Assembly: GCA_050949565.1 (NCBI GenBank)
Contig: JBMNFY010000007.1
Location: forward strand, 64,001-128,000
Origin: Kiritimatiellia bacterium
GTDB taxonomy: Bacteria > Verrucomicrobiota > Kiritimatiellia > RFP12 > UBA1067
Direction of reading: 5' to 3'
DNA: 64,000 nucleotides
Positions within the stretch are counted from its first letter, which is position 1; every line of letters begins with the position of its first letter. The notes under the pieces were generated by a model, which saw only the letters and a list, made by a program, of their open reading frames with translations, was not told the origin of the DNA and made no database searches. Position numbers and translations under genes: made by a program. Positions 48,782 to 58,880 of this stretch are shown one piece after another.

Positions 48782-48945
48782 TCGATCAGTGACAGGGGGG
48801 ACGAGGGGCATGCGTTTCTGGTGAAAAGTAGAGTAGAGAGTCGGGAGCGCGGGCGTCCTCGCCCGCAACAACGCGTCTTGCAAAAGAACGGACTATTACC
48901 TATTGCTTATTACTTATTACTTCTTACCTATTACTTCTTACTTCT
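48778..48945 (-). repeat. Inverted copy of the 45180-45290 composite repeat plus heptamer array
   Basis: GTAATCGATCAGTGACAGGGGGG..GCGTTTCTGGTGAAAA..GGGCGTCCTCGCCCGCAACAACGCGTCTTGCAAAA. Confidence 0.85.
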
Positions 48946-48966
48946 CTCCGCCCAGTCCACTGCTCA

Positions 48967-51657
48967 TTATTTTTTGTTCGTGATCCGGCACGCTCCGCCG
49001 GTGGTTGTGAAAGAGAGTGTATGGTTGCCGGCGGCGCAGTTGGCTGTTGTCTTGCCTTGCGGTCCGGCGATGTGCCAAGTGCCTGCGGCGAGACCGGCCA
49101 GCACAACCTCGTAGCGTGTGCCGTCCGAAGGCACTAAGATGTCAAGAGTGCCGTCGAACAGTTTGCCGCCGTGTGACAGGCAGACGATCCGGTCGGCGAT
49201 ACGGAGGATCATGTGGTCGGCGGTCTCGGAGAGCGTGTGCGGCAGGGGCGTTGCGGCATCGTCATGCGCCTGCATCAGGACGAGGAAGGTGTCGTGCGCT
49301 CGCGCTTGTTGAGGCGAAACGAGTACGCGGTGGCCGTTGGCCTCGGGCCGGGCGGGGAAGGGCGGCGTGACTCGGTAGCCGAACACATCGTAAACATCGG
49401 CACCGCTCTTGATCTCGATGGTCTGGTCGTTCGACGCGGGACGCAGCACGCAGACATCGACGCGGCCCGTCACGTTGTTCACCGCGTTGTGAAACTGGAC
49501 GCCGCGCGGCGTACGGCGCGGCGGATTCAGTGTGTTGACCTGCCAGTATTTCTTGAAACTGGGATCGGCGGTACGGATGTCATCCAACACGATCACACAT
49601 GCGGGATGACTGGGCTTACCAAGGTTGAGGAAGCAAAACGAGCGTGTGAATGAGGCGACCTTGTCGCTATAGGCGGCGGTCAGGTCGGCGGCGTAGTAGC
49701 TGTACGAAGGGCGCAGAGCATCGGGGCCGAAACCGCATGCGAGTTTGCGTCCGTAGTGAAAGAGGGGAGTCTCCTGAAGGTGCTTAGGTGTACGCGGAGC
49801 GCTTTGGATAAAGCGCGAACCGCCGTCGTTGGCCGGCCTATTGAGAAACTTCTCGTTGGGATCGAGCACCAGCAGCATGCTGTGCGCGATGGAGCGCTTG
49901 TTGAAATTCATGTCGTACGGGGTGCCGTAAAATCCGTATTGGCCGAGATCTGCGACCTGTAGGCCGCGATAGTAGAGCTGGATCGCGCCGACGTCCGCAT
50001 GCTGATGGTTGCCGAAGTGATAGCCGCCGCCCTTGATCTCCGCGACGACCGTGTTGTTGATGTTGCTGTCGATGTTCCAGTCTGTGCGGGCGATCATGCT
50101 GCTCAGCACCGGGCCGAAGTCAATAGTGGTCGGGAGGGTCTCGAATCCCTGCACAGGCTGGAGTGTGGGGTCGTTGAGCAGTAGGTAGAGCAGGGGATCG
50201 GCCTTGCCGCCCTGTCGTTGGAACTCGCCTTTAAGAATCGGGTCGCCGTTGTAGGCGTAACAGAGCAGGGCAGTCTGCGCGAAGCTGTAACGTCCGGACG
50301 GAACACCATCGCCGTCACGCAGCATCTCCAAGTTCGGCAGCCGCATATTGAGCCAATAGAGCGGCACGGTTTTGATGTTGGGGTCAAACACTTCTTTTCC
50401 GGACATGCGGAGGAAGAGCCAGGCCGCGTGCATTTCCCATCCAAAGCGGTAGGTCGCGTAACTGACACCTTGATTGTGGCGTGGCGACTGATACTCGAAA
50501 CGCCGCATCGGGACGAGTTCTTCGAGGACGCGGTAGGCGCAGTAGCGGTAGGGCACGGGGTCTTCGTCATATAGCGCGATGCCCATGGCAAGGAGGTCGC
50601 GATTGATCATGGCCTCATTGCCGTGTCCATTGACGATCAGCCCCTTGAAGGGGGGCCAGCCGCACTCCATCTCTTCGGCGAGACGCATCATGTGGCGACG
50701 CAGGATCGCACGGTCGGCGGGCGTGCAGAGTGCGTAGCACCAGTCATAAACGAGGGCGGCGGTGTAGATCGCGGCGCCGGTTTCACGCGTGATATCAAGC
50801 AGATTGCCGAAAGAGACGCGCGACAGATACTCGCGCATCAAACGGACTGCCTCAAGGCCGTGCTGTTTGTCGTCGGTCATCAACCAGACGAACGCCTTCG
50901 CAGCCACGGCGCGTTCAAGCGCCGTGTTGTAGGACATTTCCGCATCATCCGGGAAGGAGACCTTCAGGGGTTTGGTCGCCAGTCCACGGACAGAGCGCCA
51001 CTGTGCCGCATGCTCCGGATGAGCAAGACGGGCGCGGACATTCGCGAGCGTGTTGCTGGTGACCCACAGGCGCGGATGGCCGGAAGGCGGCTGTACGGGG
51101 GGACGATACGCGGCGGCCTCTTTCGGTACGGCCGGCGCACGGTAGGGGTGCACTTCAAGCCGGTCAAGCCGTACATGGGGCGGCAACCAGAACTTGATTG
51201 ATTGCGTACCGTTGGTCAGGTCGAAAATGCCGAGGACTTGGGTGCAGAGTTCCGGTGCGCTCCACGGGACAAAAACGACGCGCCGCGTGGGGCGTCGCGC
51301 GTCGATTTGGATATCGGCGAATAACGAGTGATGCTTGCTTGAGGCACGGCGCATTTGTTCGGCACCGGCATCGTCCACGGCGGCGTAGGTGCGCAGAACG
51401 AAACGTCCAGCGGTCGGTTCGTTGATGGAAAAGATGAGGTCCGGAGGCGTATCGTTTGTCGGGCCGACGGCGGGCATACCGTCTTTGAGCGCGACGCCTC
51501 GTCCATCTTTAAACGAGGCCTGCTCCACGATTTCAGCACGTTTTGGGTTGATGTGGGCAGACTCCGCCTGATAGACCAGCGTGCGCTTCGCCGGTGCAGC
51601 GACAAGTGCACAGGGAAATCCGAGGAGCGGAATAATAAGGAGGGTTATTTTTCTCAT
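48967..51657 (-). CDS. Secreted heparinase II/III-like polysaccharide lyase
   Basis: Signal peptide; HPRLW, ALVYDWCY, GHGNE, HNQGVSY, GNHQHADVG. Confidence 0.8.
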   Translation of the reverse strand: MRKITLLIIPLLGFPCALVAAPAKRTLVYQAESAHINPKRAEIVEQASFKDGRGVALKDGMPAVGPTNDTPPDLIFSINEPTAGRFVLRTYAAVDDAGAEQMRRASSKHHSLFADIQIDARRPTRRVVFVPWSAPELCTQVLGIFDLTNGTQSIKFWLPPHVRLDRLEVHPYRAPAVPKEAAAYRPPVQPPSGHPRLWVTSNTLANVRARLAHPEHAAQWRSVRGLATKPLKVSFPDDAEMSYNTALERAVAAKAFVWLMTDDKQHGLEAVRLMREYLSRVSFGNLLDITRETGAAIYTAALVYDWCYALCTPADRAILRRHMMRLAEEMECGWPPFKGLIVNGHGNEAMINRDLLAMGIALYDEDPVPYRYCAYRVLEELVPMRRFEYQSPRHNQGVSYATYRFGWEMHAAWLFLRMSGKEVFDPNIKTVPLYWLNMRLPNLEMLRDGDGVPSGRYSFAQTALLCYAYNGDPILKGEFQRQGGKADPLLYLLLNDPTLQPVQGFETLPTTIDFGPVLSSMIARTDWNIDSNINNTVVAEIKGGGYHFGNHQHADVGAIQLYYRGLQVADLGQYGFYGTPYDMNFNKRSIAHSMLLVLDPNEKFLNRPANDGGSRFIQSAPRTPKHLQETPLFHYGRKLACGFGPDALRPSYSYYAADLTAAYSDKVASFTRSFCFLNLGKPSHPACVIVLDDIRTADPSFKKYWQVNTLNPPRRTPRGVQFHNAVNNVTGRVDVCVLRPASNDQTIEIKSGADVYDVFGYRVTPPFPARPEANGHRVLVSPQQARAHDTFLVLMQAHDDAATPLPHTLSETADHMILRIADRIVCLSHGGKLFDGTLDILVPSDGTRYEVVLAGLAAGTWHIAGPQGKTTANCAAGNHTLSFTTTGGACRITNKK

Positions 51658-51851
51658 GGATCGTCAAAAGTTGGTGACGGCCGTCAAGGCCCAACGTGGG
51701 TGACAAGCATTGCTGGAATCGACATACAGGAGTATGGTACGGTCACTCGGTCTCAAAGGCAAGCCGAGAGAGTGTGAATAACGAATGGCACGAATGCGCA
51801 TAACGGGGCATGGGTGTGCGGTTTTTTCATGTGAATAGAAGTGAGTTGTGA

Positions 51852-51880
51852 TTGACAATCGCGGTCGCTTGTACTAAATT
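51852..51880 (+). promoter_or_regulatory. Sigma70 promoter for tRNA-Val
   Basis: TTGACA-17 bp-TAAATT followed by GC-rich discriminator. Confidence 0.65.
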
Positions 51881-51904
51881 GCTCCCCGTTTTCACGCCCT
51901 ATAC

Positions 51905-51981
51905 GGGGGATTAGCTCAGTTGGTTAGAGCACTTGCTTGACATGCAAGGGGTCGGTGGTTCGAGTCCACTATCTCCCACCA
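51905..51981 (+). tRNA. tRNA-Val(GAC)
   Basis: Acceptor stem GGGGGAT/ATCTCCC, anticodon arm CTTGC-TTGACAT-GCAAG, GTTCGAG T-loop, encoded CCA. Confidence 0.97.
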
Positions 51982-51987
51982 GATTTC

Positions 51988-52020
51988 GACCCCGTTTTTT
52001 GCAAAACGGGGTTTTTTGTT
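51988..52020 (+). terminator. Intrinsic terminator after tRNA
   Basis: ACCCCGTTTT..AAAACGGGGT followed by T-run. Confidence 0.7.
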
Positions 52021-52035
52021 AAAGGAGAGAACTGA

Positions 52036-52701
52036 ATGAAGACGCTGATATTCCTCATGACCTTGTTATGCAGCCTGCATGTTGTCGCGGATGCGATGAC
52101 CGTGAAAGAGGTGCCGGTGACGCCCACGCAGACCGTTAGTCTGTTCAACGGCACTGATTTTTCCGGCTGGACCAAAGTGATCACCGCAGAGCCGGGTAGC
52201 GATCCGGACAAGACGTGGACGGTCGCAGACGGCGTCATCCGCTGCACGGGAAAGCCGTTCGGCTATCTAATGACACAGCAGAGTTACGCTAACTTCACCT
52301 TGAAACTTGAGTACCGCTGGTACGCGCAGTCCGAACAGATGAACAGTGGTATCTTTGTTTTGAAAACGGGGCCGGATAATTTCTTTTTGCCCAAAGCGAT
52401 TGAGGCCCAGCTTAAGAAAGGTAGCGCCGGTGATTTCGTGTTGCTTTCTCAAGCCACGATGAACGGTCTGGAAAACCCCAGAATCAAGTCTGTCAAAAAA
52501 ATGGCAGAGTCCTCGGAAAAGCCTGATGGCGAGTGGAACAGCGTCGAGATCGTCGTGAAAGCGAATACCGTCACGGTGAGCGTCAACGGAGTGTTGCAAA
52601 ACAAGGGCACCGCGGCCTACACCGATGCCGGTGCTATCTGCCTCCAGAGCGAAGGCGGTCCGATTGAGTTCCGTAACATCACCATCGGCCCTGCGAAATA
52701 A
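52036..52701 (+). CDS. DUF1080 (3-keto-disaccharide hydrolase-like) secreted protein
   Basis: SLFNGTDFSGW, NSGIF, GEWN, ICLQSEG..IEFRNI. Confidence 0.88.
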   Translation: MKTLIFLMTLLCSLHVVADAMTVKEVPVTPTQTVSLFNGTDFSGWTKVITAEPGSDPDKTWTVADGVIRCTGKPFGYLMTQQSYANFTLKLEYRWYAQSEQMNSGIFVLKTGPDNFFLPKAIEAQLKKGSAGDFVLLSQATMNGLENPRIKSVKKMAESSEKPDGEWNSVEIVVKANTVTVSVNGVLQNKGTAAYTDAGAICLQSEGGPIEFRNITIGPAK

Positions 52702-52911
52702 GCGCGCCGGATGCACGTCCAGAGCTGACGCGCATCCAAAGTGAGAAAGAAGAGAGAAGAGTTTGCTGGAACCGGCTTGTTGCTGGTTGTGGCAAACTCT
52801 TTTTTCATTTGTTCTGAGAGGACGTTGAGATTCACAACTTCTTTTTCGATCGTTCTTGTCTGTCTGGGGACACTCGCCTATAATTGACAAACACAATTGG
52901 AGATTTCAGAA

Positions 52912-53916
52912 ATGTTGAATTGGCCCCCTGAATTGTATGGACGCTCGCTTTTGCGGATAGCGGACCTGACTGATACGGAAATGCTGGACTTGATTGACCT
53001 GGCGGTCGCGCTGAAGGCGCGGCGGCGCGCAGGCACCCGCGGCGATCTGCTCAAGCGACGTCAAGTCGCACTGATTTTTGAGAAAAGCTCTACGCGCACG
53101 CGCAACTCCGCGGCGGTGGCGATCCGTGACGAGGGCGGTTCGACGGAGTATCTGACCAAAAATGACATCCATCTGGGGGTCAAAGAGTCGGTCAAGGATA
53201 CCGCCCGCGTGTTGGGCCGGATTTTTGACGGCATCCTGTTCCGCGGCTTCTCGCAGGAGACGGTTGCCGCGTTGGCGCGTTACTCGGGCGTGCCGGTCTG
53301 GAATGGCCTGACCGACCTGTTTCACCCGACGCAGATCCTTGCGGATTTGATGACGATCAAAGAGGCCTTCGGGCGGCTCAAGGGCATCAAGCTGGCATAT
53401 GTGGGCGACGGGCGCAACAATGTGGCGAATTCACTGATGATCGGTTGCGCCAAAGCCGGCGTCCACTATGTGAACTGCACGCCGTCCGAATTGTCGCCCG
53501 ATCCGGTGCTGGTCAAGGAGGCGTCCGAGGTGGCCGCACGTAATGGGGTGACGCTGGAGATCGTCAACGATCCCAAGCGGGGCGTGGCCGGTGCCAACGT
53601 CCTCTACACGGATGTGTGGGTCTCGATGGGGGAGGAGGCGAAGCAGGAGGCGCGGCTGCGCCTGTTGCGCCCCTATCAGGTGAACATGGAGCTGGTCGAG
53701 GCGACCGGTAATGCGGGCGGCGAGTTGATCTTTCTCCACTGCCTGCCGGCTCTTCATGATCATGATACCGCAATAACGGCCGAGAGCGGGGCACTGGAAG
53801 TGACCGACGAGGTTTTTGAGGCGCCTTTCTCTAAAGTGTTTGACGAGGCTGAAAACCGCATGCACACGATCAAGGCGTTGTATGTGTCGGCAATGGCTGA
53901 TCTGTCCGCCCTGTGA
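52912..53916 (+). CDS. argF: Ornithine carbamoyltransferase
   Basis: FEKSSTRTR, HPTQILAD, TDVWVSMG, FLHCLP, AENRMH. Confidence 0.93.
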   Translation: MLNWPPELYGRSLLRIADLTDTEMLDLIDLAVALKARRRAGTRGDLLKRRQVALIFEKSSTRTRNSAAVAIRDEGGSTEYLTKNDIHLGVKESVKDTARVLGRIFDGILFRGFSQETVAALARYSGVPVWNGLTDLFHPTQILADLMTIKEAFGRLKGIKLAYVGDGRNNVANSLMIGCAKAGVHYVNCTPSELSPDPVLVKEASEVAARNGVTLEIVNDPKRGVAGANVLYTDVWVSMGEEAKQEARLRLLRPYQVNMELVEATGNAGGELIFLHCLPALHDHDTAITAESGALEVTDEVFEAPFSKVFDEAENRMHTIKALYVSAMADLSAL

Positions 53917-53942
53917 TGCGGCAATTCGGAATGGGAGGAAAT

Positions 53943-55025
53943 ATGGCTAAAAAACTGTTCAATATCGCATGGGAAGAGTTCAGCGCGTTGCCGCTGGTGG
54001 AAAAAACCCCTTATTTGATGCAGCCGGACGGCTCGCCGTATCACACGCTGTTCGCGCAGCAGTTTGACAGCGTGCTGCTTGATAAACTCGCGGCACTGGC
54101 GAACGAGATCCGCGCGATTGCCAAGACCCGCATCGGAGCGGAATACCTGCGCCAACAGGTCACGCACAAGCGGGCCATGCTCTATTTTTCACAGCCCAGC
54201 TCGCGTACTTTCCTCTCGTTTGTTTCCGCCTGCCAGATTCTGGGCGTGCCGGTCGGCGAGGTGCGTGATACCTCCATCTCGTCGGAGTTCAAGGGGGAGT
54301 CGCGCGAGGATTCGGTGCGCACCTTCAGCTCTTACTTCGACTTGATTATCATGCGCACGCCGGAGAAGGGATTGGCCGAGCACATGGCCTGGGTCATCTC
54401 CAACTCCGACCGCCCCATCCCGATCATCAACGCGGGGTCGGGCAAAGACCAGCACCCGACCCAGGCGCTGCTCGACATCTACACCCTGCTGCGCAGCTTT
54501 GATCGCGGCGGCGGGCTGCACGACAAGACGGTGGTCTTTTGCGGCGATCTGTTGCGCGGCCGGACGGTGCGCTCGCTGTCGTACCTGCTGACCAACTATC
54601 CCCGCATCCGGCAGATTTTTGTGGCGCCTGATCCGCTCCAGATCGACACCGATGTTTTGGATATCCTTCGCGAGAAGGGCGTGGAATTTGTGCAAACCGA
54701 CAATTTCCGTTCGGTGATCCCTGAAGCCGACGCGGTCTACATGACGCGCATGCAGGATGAGTGGGACAACTACAAAAATGAAAGCGCGGCGATCGATACC
54801 AGCCATTTCAAGTTCGGATTGGAAGAGCTGGCATTGCTGCCGCCCCGCGCCATCATCATGCACCCGCTGCCGCGCCGCGATGAAATCGCGGTCGCAATAG
54901 ACGACGATCCGCGCGCCATGTACTGGCGGCAGATGCGCAACGGCATGTGGATCCGCACGGCGCTGATTGCCATGACCTTTGGCTGTGAAAGACGCATCCA
55001 CGACTATTACTGCCATAACAATTGA
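53943..55025 (+). CDS. pyrB: Aspartate carbamoyltransferase catalytic subunit
   Basis: QPSSRT, KGES, HPTQALLD, GRTVRSL, YMTRMQ, MHPLPR. Confidence 0.85.
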   Translation: MAKKLFNIAWEEFSALPLVEKTPYLMQPDGSPYHTLFAQQFDSVLLDKLAALANEIRAIAKTRIGAEYLRQQVTHKRAMLYFSQPSSRTFLSFVSACQILGVPVGEVRDTSISSEFKGESREDSVRTFSSYFDLIIMRTPEKGLAEHMAWVISNSDRPIPIINAGSGKDQHPTQALLDIYTLLRSFDRGGGLHDKTVVFCGDLLRGRTVRSLSYLLTNYPRIRQIFVAPDPLQIDTDVLDILREKGVEFVQTDNFRSVIPEADAVYMTRMQDEWDNYKNESAAIDTSHFKFGLEELALLPPRAIIMHPLPRRDEIAVAIDDDPRAMYWRQMRNGMWIRTALIAMTFGCERRIHDYYCHNN

Positions 55026-56314
55026 TCGCTGATTTGCACACACCTTTCTGCTGTACTCGCGCTTTAGTCGCCGCGTTGGCGTGCGTAACGGCCCTAGCGG
55101 CGGGGGCGACCAATAGTGCGCCGGATCATGTGGTTCGACGCTTCCGGCTGGGTCCTTTTTTCGAGTACAGCGCCACCCGCGACGGCGCGACGTTCTGGGC
55201 GCTGCGGCCGTTCTATTCGAAAGTCCAAGACCCGGCCATCGACACGCGCGTCACCGATGTGGTCTGGCCGCTCGGTACTTTTCACCGTGACCGTGAGCAG
55301 TCCTGGTGGCGCTTTCTGCTGGCCTACGGGTCGGACGATGATGTCGCCTGCGACGCATCCGCATGGAAGTTCACACTGCTTCCTATCTGGTTCCAGGGGC
55401 GCAGCAAAGCGGGCGAGGATTACTGGGCGCTTTTCCCGATCCACGGTCACCTGCCGCACATGGCCTTGATGGATGACATCGACTTCACGCTGTTTCCGCT
55501 CTACTTCAATTACGAGGTCAACGGTGTCGAGCGGGTCTACACCCCCTGGCCGTTTTACTCGCGTCTGACGGAGAATCCGCATCTGCGCGAAGAGGGGATT
55601 TTCCCCATCTGGAGCAGCAAGATCAACACCAAGCGACAGGTAGAGCACCATTATGCGTTCTGGCCGTTCTGGACTTCGGCGGTCTACAGCGACGCGCGTA
55701 ATCCGGGTTCATCGTTCCTGCTCTTTCCGCTCTACGGTGAGGTCAACCGCACCAACGAGACACAGCGCCTAGTGCTACCGCCCTTCTTCTCCTATGCGCG
55801 TACCGATTCGGCGGAGCGCTGGCGTTTGCCCTGGCCTTTTTATGAGACGCATGAAGTCTGGGCGACCGCCACCACCAAGCCGGCGATGAAGCGTTCCTAC
55901 TGGCCGTTTTATGCGAGTGTTGTTGGCGAGGGCGATCGCCGCTGGTATGCGGCATGGCCGCTGTTGTGGTACTCAAGCTCCGAGAGCAAGAACCGCCGCG
56001 CCGAGCGTACTCGCTTCTTCCCGTTTTACGCACATGAGACCGTCCGCAATACCGACAAGGCCGGGAGAGAGTACGAGGCCGAGCACTACACGCGGCTCTG
56101 GCCCCTCTACTTGCGGGACGAGACGCCGGAGCGCACACGTTTGCGTGTGTTGGAGCTCAATCCGATCCGACACAGCGGCGGCATCGAGCGCAACTGGGCA
56201 CCCTTCTGGACGCTTTACGAATGCACTCGCACGCCGGACGGAACAGCGCGGCATGATCTGCTGTGGGGACTGGTGCAGTGGACGACCCGCGGACTTACGG
56301 TAGCGCCGCCTTGA
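55022..56314 (+). CDS. Hypothetical exported Trp/Phe/Pro-rich repeat protein
   Basis: Recurrent (L/F)(F/W)P(F/L)Y motifs; signal-like N-terminus; start uncertain. Confidence 0.7.
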   Translation: MIADLHTPFCCTRALVAALACVTALAAGATNSAPDHVVRRFRLGPFFEYSATRDGATFWALRPFYSKVQDPAIDTRVTDVVWPLGTFHRDREQSWWRFLLAYGSDDDVACDASAWKFTLLPIWFQGRSKAGEDYWALFPIHGHLPHMALMDDIDFTLFPLYFNYEVNGVERVYTPWPFYSRLTENPHLREEGIFPIWSSKINTKRQVEHHYAFWPFWTSAVYSDARNPGSSFLLFPLYGEVNRTNETQRLVLPPFFSYARTDSAERWRLPWPFYETHEVWATATTKPAMKRSYWPFYASVVGEGDRRWYAAWPLLWYSSSESKNRRAERTRFFPFYAHETVRNTDKAGREYEAEHYTRLWPLYLRDETPERTRLRVLELNPIRHSGGIERNWAPFWTLYECTRTPDGTARHDLLWGLVQWTTRGLTVAPP

Positions 56315-57848
56315 GGCGGAAGAAGCCACGTTGCGCGGCGTCGGGTGCGTCGCGGCGGAACCGCGCCGCACCCTCTGGCGTACCCTCAGTCACCGGCACG
56401 GCGTTGACCCACTGCGGGGTGCCGGTCAGCGCGCCGGTTGTCTCAACCCACACGTTGACAAAACCGACGGCGTCGGGATCTTTCACGGCGGTCTCCGCAA
56501 CGGGCCCTGTCGGCGTGTGGCGAATCGTCAGGAGCGCGCCGTCCACACGGTTGGTTCCGAACGCATAATCGAGACCATTGGGGATACCGTCGTTGTTGTG
56601 GTCACGAGCGAACTGGTCATTGACGTCGATGGGCAGGTCGCGCCGGTGCAGCCAAAGTTCGAAACCGTAATAGTCGATAATGGCAGGGTTGTGTTCATAC
56701 GCGCCCATGTCGACCGCCGCGCCCTGAACGCGCGTGTTGCCATTCAGGTCCGGACCGGCTGGCGCGGAGGCTGTCGATCCGGCATTCGTGCAGGGCGAGT
56801 GGGAGAGTAACGAATAATCGTACGCGTTCCGATCCCGGAAACGCGGATAGGCGGCGATGTTGCCTGGGCCGGGCGCGAGCGGTTCGGCGCAGCTCCAGGC
56901 GAGCGTTGAGGCCGCGTCGTAGTTTTTCCCAATCGACGCATGGTTGTCGTACAAGATTGAGTTGGTCACGCTCGCGCCGCAAACGCCTCCGCCTTGGTGG
57001 CCGGCGGTGTTCCCGACGAGTGTGCAGTTGACCGCCGTGCCACCGTAGAGCGCGGCGCCGCTCTGGTTGGCGGTGTTCTGCATCAGCAGTGTGTTGGCCA
57101 GATCGGCTTGAGAGGCACCGCCGCCAAAGACAGCCCGGTTGCCGTTGAACAGGCAGCGCGTTGCCCGTCCATGCAAGAGTCCGCCGCCTTGTTCCAACGC
57201 CTGGTTCTCTTCGAAGACGCAATCCTCAAGCACGGCATACGCCGCCGCACCGCCCTTGTCCGCGCTGTTGCCGAAGAATGTGCAGTTGCGGTAGAGCCCG
57301 CGCATCGCGCCGCCGCCCTGCTGCGACGCGGTGTTGCCGCTGATGATGGAGTGGTCAACCGTGAGGCTGGCATCTGCACCCGGCATGCAGTACAGCCCGC
57401 CGCCATTGGCGGCTGAGTTCCCGGAAACCACGCAGTTCGAGACGATCACACGTCCTTCCCCAACGAAAATCGCACCGCCTGAACCGTCCGTCACGCCGTT
57501 GCTCAGTGTGAGGTTCAGGAAAACGACAGGAAGCGTGACGCCATATTCTACAGGAATGGAGACTGAGGCAATCCGCGTGTCACCTGCCGGTTGAATGATC
57601 GTGTCCAACGCACCGGCACCCTGCAACGTGACGGCGTAGTTGATCGTCAACTCCGGTTCTTCGAAGACACCTGACGTGAGCGCGAGAGTCTGGCCGTCGG
57701 CATTCACCGCTGCAAGGGCTTCAGCCAACGTGGCATGAACGGCATGCGTGGTGGTGTTGGAGACGCTCGTCGCGGCGTTCAGCCAACCGGCAAGCATGCA
57801 CACGCCGGAAATCAGCAGGCTGGTGATGGTTTTGATTCGGTTATTCAT
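56295..57848 (-). CDS. Secreted parallel beta-helix protein with choice-of-anchor-Q-like segment
   Basis: Signal peptide; N.A..GGG repeats; SPCTNAG..DLNGNTR..VDMGAYE; C-terminal GFFRLKA. Confidence 0.8.
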   Translation of the reverse strand: MNNRIKTITSLLISGVCMLAGWLNAATSVSNTTTHAVHATLAEALAAVNADGQTLALTSGVFEEPELTINYAVTLQGAGALDTIIQPAGDTRIASVSIPVEYGVTLPVVFLNLTLSNGVTDGSGGAIFVGEGRVIVSNCVVSGNSAANGGGLYCMPGADASLTVDHSIISGNTASQQGGGAMRGLYRNCTFFGNSADKGGAAAYAVLEDCVFEENQALEQGGGLLHGRATRCLFNGNRAVFGGGASQADLANTLLMQNTANQSGAALYGGTAVNCTLVGNTAGHQGGGVCGASVTNSILYDNHASIGKNYDAASTLAWSCAEPLAPGPGNIAAYPRFRDRNAYDYSLLSHSPCTNAGSTASAPAGPDLNGNTRVQGAAVDMGAYEHNPAIIDYYGFELWLHRRDLPIDVNDQFARDHNNDGIPNGLDYAFGTNRVDGALLTIRHTPTGPVAETAVKDPDAVGFVNVWVETTGALTGTPQWVNAVPVTEGTPEGAARFRRDAPDAAQRGFFRLKAALP

Positions 57849-57868
57849 GTCGGTTCTTCCTTTACAAC

Positions 57869-58873
57869 TCACATCTGTGCCGGGGCGGCCGAGGCACGGA
57901 TCGGCACCTCGATGATCCGGCAGATCGGATGGTCGGTTGTGATGCGCACCATGGCACCATGGAGCGATTCGGCTAATGCGTTTGAGGTCACATGGATGCG
58001 GGGGCGTTCCTCTGCAGGATCAAGGGTGACGCGGATGCGCGCGTCGGTGGCGTTCACTTGCGTGACGCGGAAAGCGATGCGGTGCGCCGAAAACAGTGTG
58101 AGCGAGGCGTCCAGTCCGACACCGCGCCGGGCGGCGATCACGGAGGGCTGAGCCTCAATGAGCGGGGCGGCGAGGCCTTGGTAGGGGATCTGCACCTGCG
58201 GCATCTCTGGCAGGTCGGTGGTGGCAATCGCAAAACCTGAAAACGCGCCGATGCGTAGCGGCACCGGCAGGGTCAAATGGATAAGATGGCGCGGGCTCGC
58301 GGTGTCGGCTTGGTAATCGGCACGCGCGTCGGCACGATCAAGCCCGACGTTGTGGATGCGGAAAGCGTGTGCCTGACCGGCGGCGAGTTCCACCGTTCCG
58401 GTCGCCGTGCCGCCCGGTACCTGCACACCGAGGTCAAGGCTGTCCGGGTAGCGCATCACCGGCGTGAGAATTGTCCCTTGCACGGTGAACGTCAGCGTCC
58501 GTGTGCCATCAGGCGCATCGGGCGTGCGGTAGACAAGATGCACGGCTCGCCGCTGCGCACCTGAGCGACCTTGAAACATGAGATGAACCGGCAGCGCCAG
58601 CGCCTCGCCGGGCCGTATGGTTTTGCGTTCCAACTCAGCCGTGAGACAATCGCAGGAGGTGCTCACGGCTAAGACCTCAACGGTTTCAGTGCTCGTGTTC
58701 TCCACGTCAAAGGTGTGCGAAGCGCTCTGTTCGCTTGCGGGCAGGGTGCCGAAATCGAAGCAGGGCTGTGCGCATGTGAGCAATGCCTGCCGGATGTCGT
58801 CACACCGGCCACCGACGGTCGTCAGCAGACATAACGCGTATGCAGCAGCCCATCTGGAGCGTGGTTGGAACAT
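57869..58873 (-). CDS. DUF1573 / Ig-like domain protein
   Basis: FDFG..HTFDVEN..TSCDCL..IRPGE. Confidence 0.75.
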   Translation of the reverse strand: MFQPRSRWAAAYALCLLTTVGGRCDDIRQALLTCAQPCFDFGTLPASEQSASHTFDVENTSTETVEVLAVSTSCDCLTAELERKTIRPGEALALPVHLMFQGRSGAQRRAVHLVYRTPDAPDGTRTLTFTVQGTILTPVMRYPDSLDLGVQVPGGTATGTVELAAGQAHAFRIHNVGLDRADARADYQADTASPRHLIHLTLPVPLRIGAFSGFAIATTDLPEMPQVQIPYQGLAAPLIEAQPSVIAARRGVGLDASLTLFSAHRIAFRVTQVNATDARIRVTLDPAEERPRIHVTSNALAESLHGAMVRITTDHPICRIIEVPIRASAAPAQM

Positions 58874-58880
58874 GTCGCGT

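Noticed and set aside
51905-51981. tRNA-Val as island integration site
   Set aside because: No duplicated tRNA 3' end or integrase seen in the window; flanking genes look like host genes
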